Assembly: GCA_963764165.1 (NCBI GenBank)
Contig: CAVXRD010000001.1
Span: 32,001-96,000, forward strand
Origin: an uncultured Verrucomicrobiae bacterium
GTDB lineage: Bacteria; Verrucomicrobiota; Verrucomicrobiia; Limisphaerales; Palsa-1400
Direction: 5' to 3'
Length of the DNA: 64,000 nucleotides
The notes below the pieces were generated by a model. It saw nothing but the letters and a program-made list of their open reading frames with translations. It made no database searches and was not told where the DNA came from. Both the position numbers and the translations under genes were made by a program. Below, in pieces: positions 1-10,581 of this stretch; the first letter of the stretch is position 1; each line of letters starts with the position of its first letter.

Positions 1-1305
1 TTTTTCTTCGGCGGGCTCACTCTGGTGATTATCGGCGTTTGGTTTCGCCGCCGCCGTCTGGCCAAAGTCGAGCACGTCACTGGCTCTCTGCACATCGATA
101 TCGACTTTGGCCGCAAACGGGATCGCCGCATCCTGACATTTTTCATCCCCGCCTCCGCTGGTTTTCTATTGCTAACAGCGATGGGAAGCTATCATAGCTA
201 CGAGTTTACTGAATCTGTCACTTTTTGCGGCGAGGCCTGCCATACGGTCATGCAGCCGGAATTTGTGACGTATTCACATTCGCCGCACGCGCGGGTGGCG
301 TGCGCGGAATGCCACATAGGAAAGGGCGCGGAATGGTATGTTCGCTCAAAGCTATCGGGAACTTATCAAGTATACGCGGTGATGGCCCATAAGTACGCGA
401 AGCCGATTGCAACTCCCATCAAGAACCTGCGTCCCGCCCAGGAAACCTGCGAGCAATGCCACTGGCCGGCCAAGTTCGTCGGCGACGTCGATAGAACATT
501 CAATTACTTCATCCCCGACAAGACCAACACGGAGTATTCCGTCCGTATGCTGCTTAAAGTCGGCGGCGGCGACCCAACGCATGGACCCGTTGGCGGAATT
601 CATTGGCACATGAATGTGGGCAATAAGATTGAGTATCTTGCCTCTGACGAGAGCCGCCAGAAAATTCCCTGGATTCGCGTCACCGATAAAAAGGGCGATG
701 TTACCGAATATCGCACCGCAAAATTCACCAACGAGGTCAACATCGCCGCTGTTCGCAGGATGGACTGCATGGATTGCCACAATCGGCCGGCCCACAAGTT
801 TAATTCGCCTGAAAGCACCGTAAACATGGCCATGGCCCTCGGCGATATCGATGCGGCCTTGCCATGGATCAAGACCAACGCGGAAGCGGTATTGTGCCGA
901 GCCTACACGAACGAAGATGAAGCCATCGAAAAAATCTCGGCCACCCTTTCCGATCGTTACCCCAACGATGCGCGCATCAGGCCCGCCATCGCAGCAGTGC
1001 AGAATATTTACACGAACAATTTCTTTCCCGAAATGAAGTCTAGCTGGAAGGCCTACCCGGATAACATCGGCCACAAGGATTGGCCGGGCTGCTTTCGCTG
1101 CCACGACGGCCAGCACGTGAGCGTCGCCAAAGACGGCATGAAGAAGATTATCAGCAACGATTGCAATGCCTGCCACACCATTCTATCGCAGGGGAATGCG
1201 GAGCAAATGAAATTGGCCAGTCCGATGGGGCAGAAATTCGCCCATCCGCAGGACGAGTATGACCCCGCGTTTCAGTGCACGGATTGCCACAATGGCGGAC
1301 TGTAG
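1..1305 (+). CDS. NapC/NirT-family membrane-anchored multiheme cytochrome c (5' end outside window)
   Basis: Frame open from base 1; TM helix followed by ESVTFCGEACH; heme motifs CX3CH, CAECH, CEQCH, CMDCH, CFRCH, CNACH, CTDCH. Confidence 0.88.
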   Translation, partial: FFFGGLTLVIIGVWFRRRRLAKVEHVTGSLHIDIDFGRKRDRRILTFFIPASAGFLLLTAMGSYHSYEFTESVTFCGEACHTVMQPEFVTYSHSPHARVACAECHIGKGAEWYVRSKLSGTYQVYAVMAHKYAKPIATPIKNLRPAQETCEQCHWPAKFVGDVDRTFNYFIPDKTNTEYSVRMLLKVGGGDPTHGPVGGIHWHMNVGNKIEYLASDESRQKIPWIRVTDKKGDVTEYRTAKFTNEVNIAAVRRMDCMDCHNRPAHKFNSPESTVNMAMALGDIDAALPWIKTNAEAVLCRAYTNEDEAIEKISATLSDRYPNDARIRPAIAAVQNIYTNNFFPEMKSSWKAYPDNIGHKDWPGCFRCHDGQHVSVAKDGMKKIISNDCNACHTILSQGNAEQMKLASPMGQKFAHPQDEYDPAFQCTDCHNGGL

Positions 1306-1394
1306 AAGATGGTTCCGGATTAGCCGCAATTCTAGACTATCAATTGCCAAAGATGGTGGAGCGCTGGGCTGTCGGTGCAGTTTAATTGTCGAAT

Positions 1395-1589
1395 ATGAAG
1401 CCTCCTTTAATTGAGCCGGAAGATGAAGCTGCGCCCGGGGTTGCCGGCCCAAGGACAGATTTCAAGCCAATGGCAGGCGAACGGGTTGGTCAAGCCGAAA
1501 CCTCGCTGTCGCAACCTTGGTCGCAGCGTCTGGCAGAAATCAGAACACACGAAATCAGAACACACGAATATTCGCCTCTCGACGATTAG
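1395..1589 (+). CDS. Small hypothetical protein (64 aa)
   Basis: ATG at 1395, fills the gap between co-oriented genes, contains in-frame EIRTH duplication; no recognisable motif. Confidence 0.3.
   Translation: MKPPLIEPEDEAAPGVAGPRTDFKPMAGERVGQAETSLSQPWSQRLAEIRTHEIRTHEYSPLDD
1536..1568. repeat. 15-bp tandem duplication GAAATCAGAACACAC x2 plus GAA
   Basis: Exact copies at 1536-1550 and 1551-1565. Confidence 0.9.
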
Positions 1590-1624
1590 TCAGGCGGGGA
1601 CTTCGCTAACTCAAGAGGAATGAT

Positions 1625-2395
1625 ATGAATGCAATGGCTTACAGCAAAAACAGGGTGAATGACCGCGCAGCATGGCTCAAAGCCGGCGACGCCTGCTGTG
1701 AAATAACGCCCGGCCCGGCGAAACATTTTTGCCGCTTGGTTTTGCTCGGCGCGCCCGGCGTGGGAAAGGGAACTCAAGCCGATATGCTCCGCCAATGGTC
1801 TGGCGCCTGCCATCTTTCCACTGGCGACATTTTCCGTGCCGCCAAGAGCCTGTCCCCCGCCGAACGATCCCCAGCCATCCAAAGCGCGCTTGGCTTCATG
1901 ACGCGGGGCGAGTTGGTTCCCGACGGCACGGTGCTCGATCTGTTGCGCGAGCGGGTGCGCTGCCTGCGCTGTCATGGCGGATTCTTGCTGGATGGTTTTC
2001 CGCGCACCGTCGCTCAAGCGGATGCACTGGAACAATTGCTCAGATCGGAAATCTTGCCTCTGACCGCCGTCATCGACTACGAGCTGCCAATTGAACAGAT
2101 CGTGGAGCGATTGGCCGGGCGGCGCGTATGCACCGATTGCAAGGGCACGTTTCATGTGACAGGCCTGGCATTGCCGGAGACCTGTCCTCATTGCGGCGGA
2201 TGTCTCGTGCAACGCGAGGATGATCGACCCGAAGCCATACAAGTCCGCATGGAAGCGTATCGCCGCAGCACCGAACCGCTGATTGAGTTTTATCGCCAGT
2301 GCGGATTATTATTAGCCGTTTCCGCCGATGGCACACCCCTTGAAATTTTTCAGCGAACAGTAAACTCCTTGACCCAGCGCCATTCGATGGCCTGA
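1625..2395 (+). CDS. adk: Adenylate kinase with Zn-binding LID
   Basis: GAPGVGKGTQ P-loop, HLSTGDIFR, GFLLDGFPRT, LID CTDC...CPHC, QREDD. Confidence 0.93.
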   Translation: MNAMAYSKNRVNDRAAWLKAGDACCEITPGPAKHFCRLVLLGAPGVGKGTQADMLRQWSGACHLSTGDIFRAAKSLSPAERSPAIQSALGFMTRGELVPDGTVLDLLRERVRCLRCHGGFLLDGFPRTVAQADALEQLLRSEILPLTAVIDYELPIEQIVERLAGRRVCTDCKGTFHVTGLALPETCPHCGGCLVQREDDRPEAIQVRMEAYRRSTEPLIEFYRQCGLLLAVSADGTPLEIFQRTVNSLTQRHSMA

Positions 2396-2656
2396 TCCAG
2401 CGTCAAGTTCGGTGGGATTTTTCACAAGAAACGGGAAGCATCCGCCGCCGAGCATGGCTTATGTTGGATGCGCAATGAAAGTGTTAGAAAAGGAATCGGC
2501 TCTGCTGGATGAGCAGAACCGTGCAGCGGCCTTGTCCCGGAACGAACCGATCCGGCTCGCAACGCCGTCAAAGAATTCTCGCAATAAAGTGGCTACACAT
2601 CCAGTTCCTACCTTGGCTCAAAACTACTACTGAGCTTACTGGAGCAAAGACAACGA

Positions 2657-2686
2657 CGCAGGGCGCGCCTCACAGCGCGCCCTGCG
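2657..2686. repeat. Perfect 12-bp-stem hairpin (REP-like or terminator-like)
   Basis: CGCAGGGCGCGC-ctcaca-GCGCGCCCTGCG in the adk-hemE spacer; no U-tract. Confidence 0.6.
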
Positions 2687-2816
2687 ACTGTACATTGGGC
2701 AACAGGAAATCCAGATCAGGCCGCTGGCCACAATCCATTCTTCAAAGCCCAAGAAATGGTGAGGGTTTGGCAATGAAGGGGAAGCCTGTCTGGCGCTTCT
2801 ATTTTAGTTTGCTGCC

Positions 2817-3917
2817 ATGCGAGAATTATTGGAAAGCGAGACGAAGCAAACTGAGCGCGCCCTGCGCCCTGTGGAGCCGCGAGTGGCGAACTGCACAAAC
2901 CGCCAACGGATCCTTGACGCGCTGAACTGCTCACAAGTGGACCGTCCGCCCGTCTGGCTGATGCGCCAGGCTGGCCGTTGTTTGCCGGAATACCGCGCTC
3001 TCAAACAGGATTTCTCTTTCCGCCAACTGATCAGCATCCCGGATCTGGCTGCTGAAGTGACCTTGCAACCGGTGCGCCGATTTCATTTCGATGCCGCCAT
3101 TATTTTCAGCGACATCCTGGTTGTGCCGGAAGCGTTGGGGCAAGGATTTCGATTTCGCGAACAAGGCGGCGTCGAAATGGATTACATGGTGCGCGACAGC
3201 AATGATATTCGACGGCTCAATACTCAGGGCGTCTCGGAGCGGCTCCAATACGTGGCCGAAGCGATTCGTCTGGCGAAATTGGAATTGAAATCGAATACGG
3301 CCTTGCTGGGTTTTGCCGGTTCGCCTTGGACGCTGGCCAATTTCATGCTCGAAGGCGGCAGCGCCGGCGCGCATACCAAGGCCTTGGAATTGTTTCGCAG
3401 CGACCGCGTGCTTTTTGATTCGCTATGCGAAGAATTGACGCTGGCGGTGATCGAGTTTTTGCAGTTGCAAATCAACTCGGGCGTGGATGCCATCCAGATT
3501 TTTGACAGCCTGGGCGGGCTGTTGCCGGGGGAGGATTTCGACGCGGCTTCGGGCCATTGGATGCGAACGATTGTTTCCGCCCTCAATGGCCAAGTCCCCA
3601 TCATCGTGTATTCCAAAGGCGCCCGCGACTGGAAATCATTGATCCGAACTCGCCCGCACGCCATCGGGATCGATCACGAAATCGATTTGACCGACGCCAG
3701 CCAGCAGATTCCAGCCCACATTGCCATGCAAGGCAATCTGCCGCCTGGTTTGCTTGACAGCGGAGAGCCGGAGTTGGTGGCGTCGGAAACCACGCGGCTG
3801 CTTGAGTTGATGCGCGGCCGCAACGGATACATCTTCAACCTCGGCCACGGCGTTCCTCCGGCCGCACGGATGGAAAACCTCGAAGCGCTGGTCAGCACAG
3901 TGCAAAACTTCGCATGA
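2817..3917 (+). CDS. hemE: Uroporphyrinogen decarboxylase
   Basis: PVWLMRQAGR, DAAIIFSDIL, GFAGSPWT, IFNLGHGV. Confidence 0.96.
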   Translation: MRELLESETKQTERALRPVEPRVANCTNRQRILDALNCSQVDRPPVWLMRQAGRCLPEYRALKQDFSFRQLISIPDLAAEVTLQPVRRFHFDAAIIFSDILVVPEALGQGFRFREQGGVEMDYMVRDSNDIRRLNTQGVSERLQYVAEAIRLAKLELKSNTALLGFAGSPWTLANFMLEGGSAGAHTKALELFRSDRVLFDSLCEELTLAVIEFLQLQINSGVDAIQIFDSLGGLLPGEDFDAASGHWMRTIVSALNGQVPIIVYSKGARDWKSLIRTRPHAIGIDHEIDLTDASQQIPAHIAMQGNLPPGLLDSGEPELVASETTRLLELMRGRNGYIFNLGHGVPPAARMENLEALVSTVQNFA

Positions 3918-5293
3918 GCAAACTCAACGTTGATCTTGAACTGGTGCAGAAATACAACGTGCCGGGCCCGCGCTACACTTCCTATCCACCCGCCCCGCAG
4001 TTCAGCGATCAAGTCACCTGGCCGGAGGTGGCGGCAAGAGTCGCGGCGGCGCAAGACCCCAAGCGCGGTCTTTCTCTCTATTTCCATATACCTTTTTGCG
4101 AGTCCCTTTGTTGGTATTGCGGCTGCACCACTGTCATCACGACGCAGCGCGAAAAAGGCGCTCTTTACCTTGACTACCTGGACAGGGAAATGGAACTGAT
4201 GCGCGATCGCATCAATCCCAAACGCCAAGTCGTGCAGTTGCATTGGGGCGGCGGCACCCCGACTTTCCTTTCTCCCGACGAAATTCGCAGGCTTGGACAA
4301 TCCATCCGCAAGCACTTCAATTTCGCCCCGGATATGGAGGCGGGCGTGGAGATAGATCCGCGCCGGCTGACGCGCGATCACGTCGAGGCCTTGCGCGAAG
4401 CAGGCTTCAATCGGGCCTCCATCGGCGTGCAGGATTTCAATCCCGCGGTGCAAGCGGCGGTGCATCGCATTCAACCGCGCGCTCAAACCGAGAAGGCCAT
4501 TGAATGGGCGCGCGGCGCGGGCTTTTCCTCCATCAACCTGGATCTGATCTACGGTTTGCCCCGCCAAACAGTGGAAACCTTCAACGAGACATTGGAGGAA
4601 ATCATCAAGATGGGGCCGGATCGGCTGGCGGTATTTAGCTACGCGCATGTCCCCTGGATGAAACCGGCCCAAAAGATTCTGGAGCAGGAAGCCGCGTTGC
4701 CCAGCGCCGAAACCAAGCTCGACATTCTCAAACTGGTCATCGAGAAGCTGACTCAAAATGATCGCTACACTTACATCGGCATGGACCATTTTGCCAAGCC
4801 CACCGATGAAATGGCAGTGGCGCAGCGCGAAGGAACCTTGCAGCGCAATTTTCAGGGCTACAGCACCAAAGGCGGGGCGGACATTTACGCATTCGGCATG
4901 TCGTCCATTTCGCAGGCCGACGGAGTCTATTGGCAAAATATCAAAGATTTGCCCGGATATTGCGGCGCGCTGGCTGCCGGCAGGGAACCCTTTGCTAAGG
5001 GATATGTTTTGAGCGATGACGACAAGATTCGCCGCCATGCCATCATGCGGCTCATGTGCGACATGGGTCTGGACTACGCCGCGCTTTCCAAGGTTCTGGG
5101 GATTGACTTCGCCCAATATTTCAAGCCTGAACTGGATTCCATGTCGGACTTGGAAGCGGACAATCTGCTGGTCCGCAAGGCCAGCGGCCTGACCGTGAAC
5201 GAGGTGGGCCGGCTTTTCATCCGCAACATTGCCATGCGTTTTGATCGCTATCTTCCGGCTGGCAAGGAGCGGCGCTTTTCAAAAACAATATGA
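3914..5293 (+). CDS. hemN: Oxygen-independent coproporphyrinogen III dehydrogenase
   Basis: GPRYTSYP, radical SAM CESLCWYC, GGGTP, YIGMDHFA, RNFQGY; ATGA overlap with hemE. Confidence 0.96.
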   Translation: MSKLNVDLELVQKYNVPGPRYTSYPPAPQFSDQVTWPEVAARVAAAQDPKRGLSLYFHIPFCESLCWYCGCTTVITTQREKGALYLDYLDREMELMRDRINPKRQVVQLHWGGGTPTFLSPDEIRRLGQSIRKHFNFAPDMEAGVEIDPRRLTRDHVEALREAGFNRASIGVQDFNPAVQAAVHRIQPRAQTEKAIEWARGAGFSSINLDLIYGLPRQTVETFNETLEEIIKMGPDRLAVFSYAHVPWMKPAQKILEQEAALPSAETKLDILKLVIEKLTQNDRYTYIGMDHFAKPTDEMAVAQREGTLQRNFQGYSTKGGADIYAFGMSSISQADGVYWQNIKDLPGYCGALAAGREPFAKGYVLSDDDKIRRHAIMRLMCDMGLDYAALSKVLGIDFAQYFKPELDSMSDLEADNLLVRKASGLTVNEVGRLFIRNIAMRFDRYLPAGKERRFSKTI

Positions 5294-6696
5294 AGCCCAT
5301 CGCCATCATCGGAGGCGGTGTCACCGGGTTGACCGCCGCATTTTCTCTCCAGCAGCGCGGCCTCCCTGTCAGGCTGTTTGAAGCGGCGCCTCGCGTGGGC
5401 GGTGTGGTCCAATCCATTCGCCGCGGCGGCTATCTGGCCGAATTTGGACCCAACAGCATCTTGGAGACATCTCCGATTGTGTCCAATTTGATCCGCGAAC
5501 TTGGCTTGGAATCGCGCCGGATTTATTCCAACCCATCCGCCGAGAAGCGTTACGTGGTGCGTGGACAAAAACCCGTGGAAATGCCCAATTCGGCCGCGGG
5601 CTTTTTGACGACGCCCCTGTTTTCTCCCGCCGCCAAACTGCGTGTCCTGGCGGAGCCATTCATCCTGCCAGCGCCGGCTGATGTGGAGGAATCCATCGCG
5701 CAATTCGTCCAACGGCGGCTGGGCCAGGAATTTCTCGATTACGCCATTGATCCAATGGTGGCTGGGATTTACGCCGGTGATCCTCATTTGCTTTCTGTCA
5801 CGCAGGCTTTTCCGAAACTTCACGCGCTGGAGCAAAAATATCATTCTCTTTTTCTGGGCCAATTCCTGGGCGCGCGGGCGCGCAAGCGCAGCGGAGAAGT
5901 TTCCAAGCAAGACGCAAAAAAGTTTTCTTTTGACGACGGCTTGCAGGTTCTCATCGATGAGCTGCAGTCCCGCTTGGTTGACGAAATCCAGACCTCCGCA
6001 CCCGTCGAGAGCCTGACGCGCACAGACGATGGCTGGCTGGTTGAATTGGGTTCCGGCGCGGTCAAGTGCAGCGCAATCCTGCTCGCCCTGCCCAGCCACA
6101 AAATCGCTTCATTGTTGATCAAAACCGAGCCGAAGCTCGATGCTGCCTCCCTTCTGCGGATCCATTATCCCCCGGTGGCCTCGGTCGTGCTTGGCTTCCG
6201 GCGCGCGGACGTGGCGCATCCACTCGACGGATTTGGCATGCTCATACCGAAGAAGGAAAAGTTCAATATCCTGGGCGCGCTCTTTTCGTCCTCCCTCTTT
6301 GACCACCGCGCCCCGGATGGCGAAGTGGCCATCACTTGCTATATGGGAGGCGCGCGTTCTCCTGAATTGCCTCTCAATACATCCGCTGAGCTAGTCGAGA
6401 TCGCGGTGAAGGACCTTCGCACGATTTTGGGCGTCCGGGGACAGCCAATCTTTCAGCATGTGACCGTTTTCAGAAAAGCCATTCCACAATACAACGTCGG
6501 CTTTGCCAAATTCAGGGCCTTGATGAGCGACATGGAACTCAAGGCGCCCGGCTTGTTTGTGGCCGGACACGCCCGCGATGGCATTTCCCTGAGCGATTCC
6601 ATTGTTTCAGGCCACAACGTCGCGGGCAGAATGGAAACCTTTGTGAACACACGCCGACAGCACTTCCACCCCAAGCAACACCTTGTATCCGCATGA
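5290..6696 (+). CDS. hemY: HemY-type FAD-dependent protoporphyrinogen oxidase
   Basis: IIGGGVTGL FAD motif, EFGPNS, GIYAGD, AIPQY; position in hem operon. Confidence 0.93.
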   Translation: MKPIAIIGGGVTGLTAAFSLQQRGLPVRLFEAAPRVGGVVQSIRRGGYLAEFGPNSILETSPIVSNLIRELGLESRRIYSNPSAEKRYVVRGQKPVEMPNSAAGFLTTPLFSPAAKLRVLAEPFILPAPADVEESIAQFVQRRLGQEFLDYAIDPMVAGIYAGDPHLLSVTQAFPKLHALEQKYHSLFLGQFLGARARKRSGEVSKQDAKKFSFDDGLQVLIDELQSRLVDEIQTSAPVESLTRTDDGWLVELGSGAVKCSAILLALPSHKIASLLIKTEPKLDAASLLRIHYPPVASVVLGFRRADVAHPLDGFGMLIPKKEKFNILGALFSSSLFDHRAPDGEVAITCYMGGARSPELPLNTSAELVEIAVKDLRTILGVRGQPIFQHVTVFRKAIPQYNVGFAKFRALMSDMELKAPGLFVAGHARDGISLSDSIVSGHNVAGRMETFVNTRRQHFHPKQHLVSA

Positions 6697-7760
6697 ACAA
6701 TCGCGCCATTCTCCTCGTCAATTTGGGATCGCCCAATTCGCCGTCCGTTAAGGATGTGCGCTCCTACCTCGGCGAATTCCTGATGGATGGCCGTGTGCTT
6801 GACGCTCCTTATCCCGTGCGCTGGTGCATCGTTCATCTCGGAATTCTGCCCAGTCGGCCCGCGCAATCGGCGGAAGCGTACGAGAAAATCTGGACGCCCC
6901 AAGGCTCGCCGCTGGTTGTCACCAGCCGAAAGGTTCAAGCCGCGCTGCAGCAACGCTTGCCCGTGCCGGTGAAGCTGGCGATGCGTTACCAGAATCCCTC
7001 GATCATCAATGCCATTGTCCGCCTGCATGAGCAGGGGATCAACGAAGTGTTGCTCATCCCTCTCTTTCCGCATTACGCCATGTCCAGTTACGAAACGGCG
7101 GTGGAGCGGGTCAAAGACGCCATCGCGGAAATTTCGCCGGAAATGGCGCTGGCCGTTATGCCGCCCTATTACGATTTTCCAGATTACATCCAGGCATTGG
7201 TGGCGAGCGCGTCGGATTATTTGCGGCAGGACTATGATCATTTGCTCTTCAGTTTTCATGGCATTCCGGAGCGTCATTTGCGGAAATCCGATCCGACCAA
7301 GTGCCATTGTTTGACAGCAAAAAACTGCTGTTCGAAGGAAAGCCCCGCGCAGGAAACCTGCTACCGCTCGCAATGCTTCAAAACCGCGCAAGCTTTCGTG
7401 AAAGCGGCGGGCATCCGGGAGACCCAATACTCCGTCGCCTTCCAATCGCGCTTGGGCAGAGATCCCTGGCTCAAGCCCTACACCGACCACATCCTTGAAC
7501 ACATGGGCAAAACCGGTATGAAAAGGCTCTTGGTTATTTGTCCCGCCTTTGTATCCGACTGCCTTGAAACGATTGAAGAAATCGGGCTGCGCGGGCGCGA
7601 ATCCTTTCGCGCCGCTGGCGGCGGCGAGCTGACGCTGATCCCTTGCCTGAACGACCATCCGCGCTGGATTGAAGCTCTCGAAAAAATGTCCTGCAACTGG
7701 CTGGGCAGATCAAACCAGGCGAGCGCAGTGGAACAAGCCGCGAGCGGGATAGCTTGTTAG
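6693..7760 (+). CDS. hemH: Ferrochelatase
   Basis: LLVNLGSP, AMRY, FSFHGIP, FQSRLG, WLKPYT, FVSDCLETIEE. Confidence 0.96.
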   Translation: MNNRAILLVNLGSPNSPSVKDVRSYLGEFLMDGRVLDAPYPVRWCIVHLGILPSRPAQSAEAYEKIWTPQGSPLVVTSRKVQAALQQRLPVPVKLAMRYQNPSIINAIVRLHEQGINEVLLIPLFPHYAMSSYETAVERVKDAIAEISPEMALAVMPPYYDFPDYIQALVASASDYLRQDYDHLLFSFHGIPERHLRKSDPTKCHCLTAKNCCSKESPAQETCYRSQCFKTAQAFVKAAGIRETQYSVAFQSRLGRDPWLKPYTDHILEHMGKTGMKRLLVICPAFVSDCLETIEEIGLRGRESFRAAGGGELTLIPCLNDHPRWIEALEKMSCNWLGRSNQASAVEQAASGIAC

Positions 7761-7791
7761 CTAATGCAGATTGAACCCAGCAAACTTTATT

Positions 7792-10581
7792 ATGATGACA
7801 TCAACGCCGCCTAAAACATCCGTTTCATTCGCACACGATATTCTGCGCCGCAGCGGCGGCAGCGCGCTCGGCTCCATTTTTGCCCCGGAATCCGTGGCCG
7901 TGGTCGGCGCAACAGAAACGCAGGGCAAAGTTGGGCGCACGGTTGTCGAAAATCTTTTGCAAGGCGGATTTGCCGGAACCATTTATCCCATTAATCCAAA
8001 GCGGGACACGATTTTGGGACTCAAGACCTATCCCGGCATCGAGGCGCTTCCAGCCGCGCCGGACCTGGCGGTGATTATCACTCCGCCACCCACAGTGCCG
8101 GGCATCATCGAAGAGTGCGTCAAAATCGGCACGCGCGGCGCCATTATCATTTCCGCCGGTTTCAAGGAAATCGGGCCCACCGGCGTGGAGTTGGAGCGGC
8201 AGGTTCTGAAGCAGGCGCACAAGGGCCAGATGCGCATCGTCGGCCCCAACTGTCTCGGGGTCATGGTGCCCCAGCATCATTTTAACGCCACCTTCGCGGC
8301 CAACATGGCCCGGCCCGGTTCGGTGGGTTTCATCAGCCAAAGCGGCGCGCTCTGCACCGCCATTCTGGATTGGAGCTTGCGCGAAAATGTCGGATTCAGC
8401 GCCTTCGTCTCCCTGGGATCCATGCTCGATGTGGGCTGGGGAGATTTGATTTATCATTTGGGCGAGGACCCGAACACCAAGAGCATTGTCATATACATGG
8501 AATCGATTGGCGACGCGCGCTCGTTCCTCTCGGCCGCTCGCGAAGTAGCGTTAACCAAGCCCATTATCGTCATCAAGCCCGGCCGCACTGCCGCCGCCGC
8601 CAAGGCCGCGGCGTCGCACACCGGCTCGCTGACTGGCAGCGATGAAGTTTTGCAGGCGGCTTTCCAAAGGGTTGGCGTCTTGCGGGTCGAGGCCATTTCG
8701 GAATTGTTCGACATGGCCGAAGTTTTGTCCAAACAACCACGCCCCAAGGGTCCGCGCCTGACGATTGTCACCAACGCGGGCGGACCCGGCGTGCTGGCCA
8801 CTGACATGCTTATTGGCAGCGGTGCGCAACTGGCTGAACTCGCTCCGTCGACCATGGCCGCCTTCAACCAAATTCTGCCCCCAACCTGGAGCCACAACAA
8901 TCCGGTGGATATCATTGGCGATGCCGGCCCCGAGCTTTACGCCAAAGCCGTGGACATCGCGGTCAAAGATCCCAACACCGACGGCTTGCTGGTCATTCTC
9001 ACTCCCCAGTCCATGACGGACGCCACCGCGACCGCCGAACAGTTGAAGCCCTACGCGCAATTGGACGGCAAACCCATTCTGGCGAGCTGGATGGGAGCCG
9101 GCCAGGTTGAGAAAGGCGAGGACATTCTCAACGCCTCAAAAATCCCCACCTTCAAGTACCCTGATCGCGCGGCCCGGGCCTTTTCCTACATGTGGCGTTA
9201 CAGCGAGAATCTGCGCGCGCTTTACGAAACGCCCGCTCTCGCGCCGGAATCTGGCGGCGAGGAAGCGATGCGCCAAAAAGCTGGCCGCGTGCTTGCCCAC
9301 GTGCGGAAGAGCCGGCGCACCCTGTTGACGGAGCATGAATCGAAACAGATTCTGGCTGATTACGGAATACCGACGGTTGAGACTCTCATCGCCACCAGCG
9401 AAGCCGAGGCGGTCGAGATGGCGGCGCGCCTGGGTTATCCAGTCGTGTTGAAATTGCATTCTGAAACCATCACCCACAAGACCGATGTTGGAGGTGTGCA
9501 GTTGAATTTGCAAACGGCCGCAGCCGTTCGGACGGCTTGGCGGGCCATTGAATCGGCGGTGACTGCCAAGGCCGGACGAACGCACTTTCTGGGCGTGACG
9601 GTGCAGCCCATGGTCAAATTGGAAGGCTATGAATTAATCATCGGCAGCAGCGTGGATCCGGCGTTTGGCCCCGTTTTGCTGTTCGGCACGGGAGGCCAGT
9701 TGGTGGAAGTTTTCAAGGACCGCGCCCTTGGGCTGCCGCCGCTCAATGCGACGCTGGCCCGCCGCATGATGGAACGCACCCAGATTTTCACGGCTTTGAA
9801 GGGCGTGCGAGGCCGGGCGCCGGTTGACATTTCCGCGCTGGAACAATTGCTGGTCCGCTTCAGCCACTTGGTGGTCGAGCAGCCTTGGATCAAGGAAATC
9901 GACATCAATCCCCTGATCGTCTCGCCTGAACGCATCCTTGCACTCGACGCCCGGGTGGTTCTGCACGACGCCGACACACGCGAGGAATTCCTGCCCCGCC
10001 CGGCCATTCGGCCTTACCCGGCGCAATATGCCGCTCCCTGGACATTGAAAAATGGTGCAAACGTCATCCTTCGCCCCATTCGGCCCGAGGACGAGCCTTT
10101 GCTTGTGAAATTTCATCAAACGCTTTCTGAGGAAACAGTCTATCACCGATATTTCAACAGCCTGCAGTTATCCGAGCGCATCGCGCATGAACGGCTGGTG
10201 CGGATTTGTTTCAACGACTACGATCGCGAAATCGCGCTGGTGGCCGAATACAAGCCGAGTTGGGAGTTGGACGCCGAGATTTTGGGAATTGGCCGTTTAA
10301 TCAGGCTCCGTGGCACCAACGACGCCGAATTTGCCTTGGTCATCAGCGACACTTGGCATAGGATGGGGCTCGGCGCTGAAATGCTAAAGCGCCTGGTTGA
10401 CATCGGCGAAACCGAAGGGATTCGGCGGATTATCGGCCACATCCTCCCCGAGAACCATGCCATGCGGCATGTCTGTCGGAAGGCGGGTTTCAAAGTCGAA
10501 CTTGACCCGGAGGGGCATGATTTTCTGGCCACCTACAATTTTTCTATAAGTTTTACTGGTGGAATTACCGCGGGATTATAA
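7792..10581 (+). CDS. NDP-forming acyl-CoA synthetase domain fused to C-terminal GNAT (Pat/PatZ-like)
   Basis: [28 protein letters not shown]-grasp [21 protein letters not shown] and WHRMGLG; start could be 7771 (TTG). Confidence 0.92.
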   Translation: MMTSTPPKTSVSFAHDILRRSGGSALGSIFAPESVAVVGATETQGKVGRTVVENLLQGGFAGTIYPINPKRDTILGLKTYPGIEALPAAPDLAVIITPPPTVPGIIEECVKIGTRGAIIISAGFKEIGPTGVELERQVLKQAHKGQMRIVGPNCLGVMVPQHHFNATFAANMARPGSVGFISQSGALCTAILDWSLRENVGFSAFVSLGSMLDVGWGDLIYHLGEDPNTKSIVIYMESIGDARSFLSAAREVALTKPIIVIKPGRTAAAAKAAASHTGSLTGSDEVLQAAFQRVGVLRVEAISELFDMAEVLSKQPRPKGPRLTIVTNAGGPGVLATDMLIGSGAQLAELAPSTMAAFNQILPPTWSHNNPVDIIGDAGPELYAKAVDIAVKDPNTDGLLVILTPQSMTDATATAEQLKPYAQLDGKPILASWMGAGQVEKGEDILNASKIPTFKYPDRAARAFSYMWRYSENLRALYETPALAPESGGEEAMRQKAGRVLAHVRKSRRTLLTEHESKQILADYGIPTVETLIATSEAEAVEMAARLGYPVVLKLHSETITHKTDVGGVQLNLQTAAAVRTAWRAIESAVTAKAGRTHFLGVTVQPMVKLEGYELIIGSSVDPAFGPVLLFGTGGQLVEVFKDRALGLPPLNATLARRMMERTQIFTALKGVRGRAPVDISALEQLLVRFSHLVVEQPWIKEIDINPLIVSPERILALDARVVLHDADTREEFLPRPAIRPYPAQYAAPWTLKNGANVILRPIRPEDEPLLVKFHQTLSEETVYHRYFNSLQLSERIAHERLVRICFNDYDREIALVAEYKPSWELDAEILGIGRLIRLRGTNDAEFALVISDTWHRMGLGAEMLKRLVDIGETEGIRRIIGHILPENHAMRHVCRKAGFKVELDPEGHDFLATYNFSISFTGGITAGL

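Noticed and set aside
2329..2344. TGGCAC-N5-TTGA sigma54-like site inside adk
   Set aside because: Within coding sequence, non-canonical -12, and far from hemE
3674..7658. Long minus-strand ORFs (480, 283 and 401 aa)
   Set aside because: Antisense shadows of clearly identified hem genes
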